The notes under the pieces were generated by a model. The model saw only the letters and a program-made list of their open reading frames with translations. It did no database searches and was not told the DNA's origin. The position numbers and the translations under genes were made by a program. Of a stretch of 64,000 nucleotides of DNA, positions 55,782-64,000 are shown piece after piece. This DNA is from Trichoplax adhaerens (taxonomy: Eukaryota > Animalia > Placozoa), in the NCBI RefSeq assembly GCF_000150275.1, contig NW_002060954.1:806001-870000 (forward strand), in the 5' to 3' direction. How positions within the stretch are numbered: position 1 is the first letter of the stretch; every line of letters begins with the position of its first letter.

Positions 55782-56581
55782 TCCACAGAAAGTGCACTAT
55801 TGACAGCAGATGTTTACTGATTGAGCGACCCCCTTCTAGCTAGTTCTAGCCATTTTATAACGCTAGTTCTGGTATATTGTATGACTGCATGTACCTGCTG
55901 TACTCTGATCTAAAACAATGCGTACAATTGCACAGTAAAAAATACAAGTACTGTATAATACAGCTCGTCCATACAATAGACGAAATAGAATGGCGAGACT
56001 TCTACCAACTTCTAGTGCTTCCACCAGTCTATTAATAATAATAATACTGGAAGCAAATAGTTACAGAATGTATGACCTCTGAATTACAGTAAAATGACAA
56101 TACAGCAATAATTCATCAATAGAATTGCTAATTACTTTAACAGAGTAAACAACAATATCCTGTATCTGTTGTGGCAGTAAGGTAGAATATTCTGGGGTCA
56201 TCTCGACAGTATGTAGCAGTTCAAATAAATTCAAATATCCGCAAATAACCTTCCAAGTTTAGAAAACTGTGTTACTTTGTTCCGCCTCTTTCATACAAAC
56301 CCTCCAAATAAATCATTCATTTATCAAGCACAACGTAGGGATGTTTACGTGAGTTTATGTACGACGCGTTAACTGTGTAAAGTATGACTTGAAATCATCT
56401 TCCAATTTTTTTTTTTTTCACTACTGTGATCGCTAGAAAGACGAAGCATTAACAACGCAAATAACGCAAACACGAGCACGAGAATATTAGGTTAAGTGAC
56501 TTCAGTTGATGTCGAATAAAGGTCATCGCTGAAAGAAAAGAAACAATACTATTATTTCAAACACAGCCATTATAGAGGTGG

Positions 56582-56778
56582 CACGTGCATAGGGTATAAA
56601 ACATAAATGACAAAACACCACTTGGTAAAGCTTTGAATCGTTGCACGTAAGTTATACAACAGTCCAATCGACTAGCAGTTGCTTAACGGAGGCAGTGGTG
56701 ATTTGCGATCTACTTAGAATTCATTTTGCGGGCTTGTACGCCAAGAAATGTAAAATAAAAACAACAAGCCAGGTAAGT
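56582..56778 (+). promoter_or_regulatory. Candidate PC promoter and non-coding first exon (CACGTG E-box, TATAAAA, CAG|GTAAGT donor)
   Basis: gcacgtgc at 56582, TATAAAA at 56595 and a perfect donor at 56773. The PC ATG at 58856 is directly preceded by an acceptor (tttacag|ATG), so an upstream non-coding exon is expected. Confidence 0.45.
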
Positions 56779-58855
56779 TCAGCGAACAGACTATACCGTT
56801 GTACAGTGTTATATGTGATACTGTAATAACACTGAGATATTGCATAAATAAATAAGCTAAACTTGATAAACCTATGATTACTGTACGTTAATTTGGACTT
56901 TGGATACTACTATATTGTATCTTTTCTTTCGAACATTAATCCACTGAAGTGTACAATAGTGTGCGAATTAGTACTAGCTCACGGTAATTATTTTCCTTCT
57001 TGACTTAGAATAAAATACAGTATAATGATTAATCGCTTTAAAATAGCCAACTGTATTTGATACTGCATAGTGGCTTTCTGTAATCTATGATTGATCCACT
57101 TATCACTCAATTCAATTTTGATAGCGCTGTATCCTAACGTGATTTGCTGTACTTTACTGTACAATCAATTGACAAATTATTCATTTCTATCATTATCATT
57201 CTTATCAAGAATACTTGAAGCATTCAGTAACTTGTAGCAATCCCGACTGTACTGCACAATTGTTGTTGTCATGTAACTAATATAACAATTGGGTCAGGAA
57301 TTTGCCTGTGATTTATCAAGACTAATCGATTTATCATTTCAATGATTTCATTCATCCAGATGGAATGTGCGATCGTTGATTTCTTGCAGAAATCGACGAT
57401 GCACTAAAATAAGGTTACTTGATTTCTACAATACTGTACTGTATACAGTACATACTGTATGAAAAATGGAGGATAAAGGAAAGTCACACAGTAATAGAAA
57501 GAAAGATTGAATGGGAGTTTCAATGATTTCTCCAAAATGATTTATTACTAGTAGTTTGTATCTTGATCAGCAATATATTAAGGATTTGAACTAGTGTTTT
57601 TTTCTCGACAGTACAACTACAGTACCGTAGGATGACCAAATAAAATGTAGTTTATCTCAACAGAAAAGCAATGTACTGTACATTCTTTTGCAGTTTAAGT
57701 CTTCTTGAGTTAGCTTGATGGATGATAATAATTCGTAAACCTTCAGAATTGTAAATTTTTGGACTACCCTACTGTAATACTGCATTGATAATTACAATTA
57801 ATTAATTATAAGCTTACTACAACAATAATTAATTATTATTATTACAATAATTTCAGATAGTACAGTACAGTGTGCTATGCTGTGTTGCATCGCAATCATG
57901 ACGTCAATATCAGTCCTAGATTTGCATTTCTTGATAGAGTTACAAACTCATTGATATTAAGTCTATCTTGGCGATAATTTGCTGTACTTTGATTCCATTG
58001 AACGGAAGGAATTTCTAAGATTAAATGATTAACATCGACCAAGTTAATGTTGATGACTGTCTTAATAATAATTCACTATGATTACAGGCAAATCAATTTG
58101 AACTCTTCACAGTCTACTAGTAGACTCTAACCTATAGTATAAAGTACGGTACTATACGCTGAAAGTGTATTTGATTCCAATGTTCACTTAACCACCGCTC
58201 AAATATATTTATAAAGGTTGAAAAGAGAATTATCGACATACGGACTACAGATTAAAGGAGCCATTGAAAAGGTACAAAATGATAGTAGATGTATGTATAT
58301 ATACTGTAAATGCATATTATAACGTTACTCTTTAATGCTAGATTATTGCTTAATTAATGTAGTAAAATAACGTATAACACATTGTCGATGAACTCACTCC
58401 CTTAAATACTGATCACAGCGATTATCTGAGTTGAAAGCTTTGGTTTTACACATTTTTCCTTCACTCGAGAGCTGCTCCATTGATTAATTGTAGCGGTTGT
58501 AATAGTTTAGTACGTAAGAGAAGCATACCTAGCTAAGAAGGTCAAAGTATGCAGGCGAAATAATAATATTTAATTAATATACTGTAAATAAGCAAAATTA
58601 AATGATTCATCCATTGGTTGCATGTTTGCTTACCCTTATACGTATTTGATGCCTTTTGTCAATGACAAAGTACTGTACGGTAGCCTAATGTACTTTCGGA
58701 ATTTTTTTTTTTTACTGGCATATAAGTATTGATTTTGAATATTATATACGTATGTTATCATTACTGTTTGCTGTACTGTACTAGAGTCATCCTGATTCTT
58801 GGATTGCGGTGAATTGATATGTAATACGCCTTATTAATACTGTTTTAATTTACAG

Positions 58856-61800
58856 ATGCTGCGATTAAATAAGACACGCTTGCAATTAGTTAATACTGTC
58901 ACAAATTCTTCAAGATATCGGCTATTTACCTTACGGAAACAGCATCTAAAACAATCAACCGCAAAAAATAGGAAAATTCAAAAGATATTGGTGGCTAATA
59001 GAGGAGAAATTGCAATTCGTGTATTCCGAGCTGCTAACGAACTAGATATTCGTACAGTAGCTATCTATACTGAACAAGATGCTCAACATATGCATCGCCA
59101 AAAGGCGGATGAGGCTTATTTAGTCGGTAGAGGTTTACCACCTGTGGCTGCTTACTTAAACTCATCAGAAATTATAGATGTTGCCAAGGTATTTAGTACT
59201 CATGTAGTTAATATTTATTCATGTTAATGGTGGAAGCATTAGACGGTCAAATTAAATTTAAAATTTTATTTTTCTGCCAACATCGATAGTACTTATAGTC
59301 AGTCATACGTACACTTGTATTCGTATAGGTGTACTGTACGTATATCTATCGAAGGGTTTGATCCGATAGATAAATATTTGACTGTTTTTCGATACTGAAT
59401 CATAATATTTATCTACCCTTCATTTTCATCTCTCTCTCCATATACGCGTATATTTATGTCATAGCAAAATAATGTCGACGCTATTCATCCTGGTTACGGA
59501 TTTTTATCAGAACATGTTGATTTTGCTCAAGCTTGCGTCGATGCTGATATCAAGTTTATTGGACCATCACCAAGTATCATTAATAAAATGGGAAACAAAA
59601 CCGAAGCCAGAAATACAGCAATAGCAGCAGGTGTCCCAGTTGTGCCTGGTTCAAAAGATGCAATCAGTTCGTATGAGGAAGCCTACGAATTTTGTGAGGA
59701 ACATGGTTTCCCAGTAATACTTAAGGCGGCTTTCGGAGGTGGAGGTCGGGGTATGAGAGTAGTAACAGCAGCGGATGAACTACCTAAACTATTCGAGACT
59801 GCTACTTCAGAGGCACAAACCGCTTTTGGTAATGGTTCCCTTTTTATTGAAAAATATATTGAACAACCACGTCATATCGAAGTCCAGGTTTGTCTATATT
59901 TGATATTAAAGTTATAGTACTAATAGTTTAATAAATTTCGCTGTGTAAATCCATAACACTAAATTTTATGATTGTGTAGATTCTCGGAGATTTGTATAAT
60001 AACGTAGTTCATCTATATGAGCGTGACTGTTCTGTTCAGCGACGCCATCAGAAAATAATAGAAGTGGCTCCAGCATTCAACTTAGATCCTGATTTGCGTG
60101 AAAGGCTTACCTCAGATGCAGTACGTTTATGTCAATATGTAAACTACGAAAATGCAGGGACGGTCGAATTTCTAATTGATAAAGATCAACGGCATTACTT
60201 TATCGAAGTTAACCCAAGGCTGCAAGTTGAGCATACTATTACAGAAGAAATCACTGGGTAACTATTATCTATGAAAATTAGAAACTACTAGTTTAAAGAT
60301 ATTGTAGTATTTGTATTATTTACTGTAAGTTTAAGCATCACCTTTCTTGAAATTATTGTTACTATCGTCAATCTTGTTATTAGTGTGGATATCGTACAAT
60401 CTCAGATACGTATCGCTGAAGGGGCTTCATTAAAGGATTTGGACTTAACTCAAGAGAAGATTTTGCCAAGAGGCTCTGCAATTCAATGCAGATTAACCAC
60501 AGAAGATCCCGCTCTTAATTTTCAGCCAGACATAGGTAGACTCGAGGTAAGCTATGATCAAATTAATGCTTTGTACCAATTTTGCCATAGGTAAAGAATT
60601 TACAGCTATCTAAAGGGTAGATGTTAGACTTAGATCAAAATTTTTTTGATATTTGATCGAGCCTACGTGTATAATATACATTGCATATCATGAATAGGTT
60701 TTCCGCTTGGGTGAGGGAATGGGTATTCGCATTGATAGTGCATCAGGATTTGCTGGAGCAATTATATCACCACATTATGATTCTCTTCTAGCCAAAGTAA
60801 TTAGCTACTCAACGTCTTACAATCAAGCCATAAGAAAGATGTTGCGATCGCTTTCCGAATGTAGAATTCGAGGAGTCATGGTAAAAAATTATTTAATTTT
60901 TTAATGTCTTTGTGCAACTACCTTGTCAACGTCTTATCTTAACAATCTTGATAAATTTTTTACCATTTATAGACGAATATTTCGTTTTTAAAAAATGTTT
61001 TGACGCATCCACAATTTAATGCGGGAATTATACACACACGATTTATCGACGATAATCCTGAGTTATTCAAATTGGCACGCAGTCAAAATAGAGCTCAAAA
61101 GCTGTCAAAGTACTTTGGACACGTAATGATTAATGGGCCTTCGACGCTTTTCGCTACTAATTTAAAAGCGGCTAATATAAATCCAGTGATTCCTAAAAGT
61201 GACTGCTCAGAGAAAAGTCCAAAATCTGGATTTAGGGATATCTTAATTAACCATGGACCAGAGGCTTTCGCTAGGACTGTTCGTGAAAATAAAGGTTTAC
61301 TTTTGACTGATACCACAATGCGAGATGCACATCAGTCTCTACTAGCTACACGTGTTCGTACATGTGATTTATTGCGCGTAGCACCATTCGTTGCTTCCAA
61401 CCTAAATAAAGCATTCAGCGTCGAAATGTGGGGAGGTATCTTGCTTTAATTATTACTTCAACATATTAAACTAAAATGACTTAATACATTTCTATTATAA
61501 TGGATTACAATTACAGGTGCTACTTTTGACGTGTGTATGCGATTTCTATACGAATGTCCTTGGGATAGGTTAATAGAATTACGTAAAGAAATTCCAAATA
61601 TCCCATTTCAGATGTTACTTCGTGGAGCAAATACTGTTGGATACACAAGCTATCCCGATAATTTAGTATACGAATTTTGTAAACAGGCTAAAAGCTGTGG
61701 AATCGATATATTTCGTGTATTTGATGCGCTTAATTATGTACCCAATCTTCAACTTGGTATTGATGCAGCTAAACAAGCAGGCGCCATTGCTGAAGGCGCT

Positions 61801-63868
61801 ATCTGTTATACCGGCGATGTATCTGATAGTAGCAAAATTAAGTATAACTTAGACTATTATATGAACGTGGCAGAAGACTTAGTAAAAATGGGCGCCCATA
61901 TTTTGTGTATAAAGGTATGATCAATTTAGTGGATATTATGCTGTAATAATTGAGTACAGCTGCTGATTGCTAAAACTTCAGTATAATCACTAATATTCTC
62001 TTAAATAACCAAGGATATGGCTGGTCTGCTGAAACCTTCATCTGCGACTTTACTTATTAAGTCCTTACGTAAAGAATATCCATTAATACCAATTCATGTA
62101 CATACACATGATACAGCAGGTGCTGGTGTTGCTTCTATGTTGGCTGCAGCAGACGCAGGAGCTGATATTGTTGATGTCGCCGTCGATTCAATGTCGGGTA
62201 TGACATCTCAACCAAGTATGGGAGCAGTAATTGCAGCTTTACGTGGTCATGAAAGACTAGATACTGGTACAAAACATTTTTGCGTAGCATATATCACTCG
62301 CTTGATAAATAATTAGATAATGATATCTCAATTTAAGTTCTAGCTTTTATAATTTTAAATTTAATATGAGCTGAAATTTTTGTACAGGATTTTCCATGCA
62401 GGATGTACACGCTTACAGCGATTACTGGGAACAGACAAGGCAACTTTACGGACCATTTGAGTGTACTACAACTATGAAGAGTGGAAATTCGGATGTATAC
62501 GATAACGAAATACCGGGAGGTCAATATACGAATCTCCAGTTTCAAGCATTTTCTTTGGGCCTCGCAAGTCAATTTGGTGATATTAAACGAAATTATGTGT
62601 TAGCCAATAAATTACTCGGAGATGTCATCAAGGTTAGTAATAACGTACAGTATGATAAAGTAATTTAATTTATATTACATTTCAATGATCTACTTGGTCT
62701 AAATTTGATTACTTTATTTCTTTTAGGTTACCCCGACATCTAAAATAGTTGGAGATTTAGCTCAGTTTATGGTACAAAACAATCTTACGGAAGATGATGT
62801 AGTCAATAAAGCTGACGAACTCTCTTTTCCGACGTCTGTTGTCGAATTCATGCAAGGCCATCTAGGCCAACCGCATGGTGGATTTCCGGAACCCCTTCGT
62901 AGCAAGGTCGGATACCGTTTTGAAAAAATGATCCATTTATCTATTAATTTCTTTAGCTAAAAAATTATTATTTGGTAGTATTTCACTTGCATGCTACAGT
63001 AATCGATCTTTCATTCAAATTTTAAAATTCTCAGACTAAAATTATGATCGATTTTCTATAAATGACAGATAATTAAAGACAGAAAAAAAATCGATGGTCG
63101 ACCAGGGGAATCCATGGAGCCCTTAAATTTTGAGAAAATAAAAAGTGATTTGGTGGCGAAGTATGGAGACCATATTCGTGATGTTGACGTACTAAGCTAC
63201 GCTTTATATCCGAAAGTCTTTGAAGAGTATCAAGGCTTTATAGAACAATTTGGTCCAGTTACTAAACTTGATACAAAGTTCTTTTTTAATGGACCAAAAA
63301 TTGGTGAAATGGTAATTGTAGAACTAGAGAAAGGTAAAACGTTATATCTTAAAGTCTTAGCAATTAGTGATTTACTGGCATCTGGTGAACGTGAAGTCTT
63401 CTTCGAAATGAATGGACAACTCCGGTCAGTTTATATCAAAGACTCGTCTGCCAGTGAGGTTCGTGATGAAATTTTATGTGATAGATACACTTGTATGTTA
63501 TGATTAGCTATATGTAGTTATTTATTATTATTTAATTTACTTCTATCTATCTTTGCACATATTCAATCATTTTAATATGGTTTAACTGATTGTTCTACGC
63601 ACATTTGTAGAATTCGGATATCCGACTTAAAGCAGATAAAAACAATAATGGCTCAATTGGTGCTCCGATGCCAGGTATGGTACAATCGATTTGTGTCAAC
63701 GAAGGCGATGAGGTTATCCAAGGTGATCAGTTAGTTATATTAAATGCCATGAAAATGGAAACTGTCGTAGTATCTCCAGTCAATGGTGTCATTTCAAGAA
63801 TAACAACAAATGTAGGATCAACCGTCTCAGGTGATGATCTATTATTGGAAATTCAAGAAAAGCTATAA
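58856..63868 (+). CDS. PC: Pyruvate carboxylase, mitochondrial, multi-exon
   Basis: Presequence followed by [85 protein letters not shown] and the biotinylation motif AMKME. Confidence 0.99.
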
Positions 63869-64000
63869 TCTTAGGTGCTTAGATTCAAATTTATAGGGAA
63901 ATGACAACTACCTTTCATGTTCACCGCGTAAACATATACTACGAGTATACAGCATATACGCGTACACGTACAATATATGATAAAGTTATAAAGTTATAGC

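Overview
AT-rich, gene-dense eukaryotic (animal) DNA with many short (~70-110 nt) GT-AG introns and two assembly gaps. Compactness and gene content fit an early-branching metazoan such as the placozoan Trichoplax; this is inference and was not verified. Eleven intron-containing genes can be read: a predicted GPI-anchored protein with two Frizzled-CRD-like Cys-rich domains (+), PRORP (-), MAP10 (+), MRPL49 (-), PRPF39 (+), GNMT (-), CRIPT (+), FIBP (+), KNTC1/Rod (-), a Sororin/CDCA5-like gene (+) and pyruvate carboxylase (+). Eight of them form four head-to-head pairs. The most striking non-coding signal is a dense, nested accumulation of TA-CAG-TA / TA-CTG-TA words (also TA-CCG-TA, TA-CATG-TA, TA-CAGTG-TA) in these divergent-promoter regions. 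Copies of a local ~150-bp repeat differ by exact 5-bp CAGTA/CTGTA insertions at TA dinucleotides, which is the canonical Tc1/mariner (Sleeping Beauty-type) excision footprint. This suggests repeated cut-and-paste visits recorded in promoter DNA. Other notable items are a microhomology-bounded inversion inside that repeat array, a 143-bp-arm inverted repeat just upstream of CRIPT, a GC-AG intron in PRPF39, and apparent macrosynteny with the human 11q13/14q/2p/1q paralogon. Exon boundaries were read by eye and are approximate where stated.
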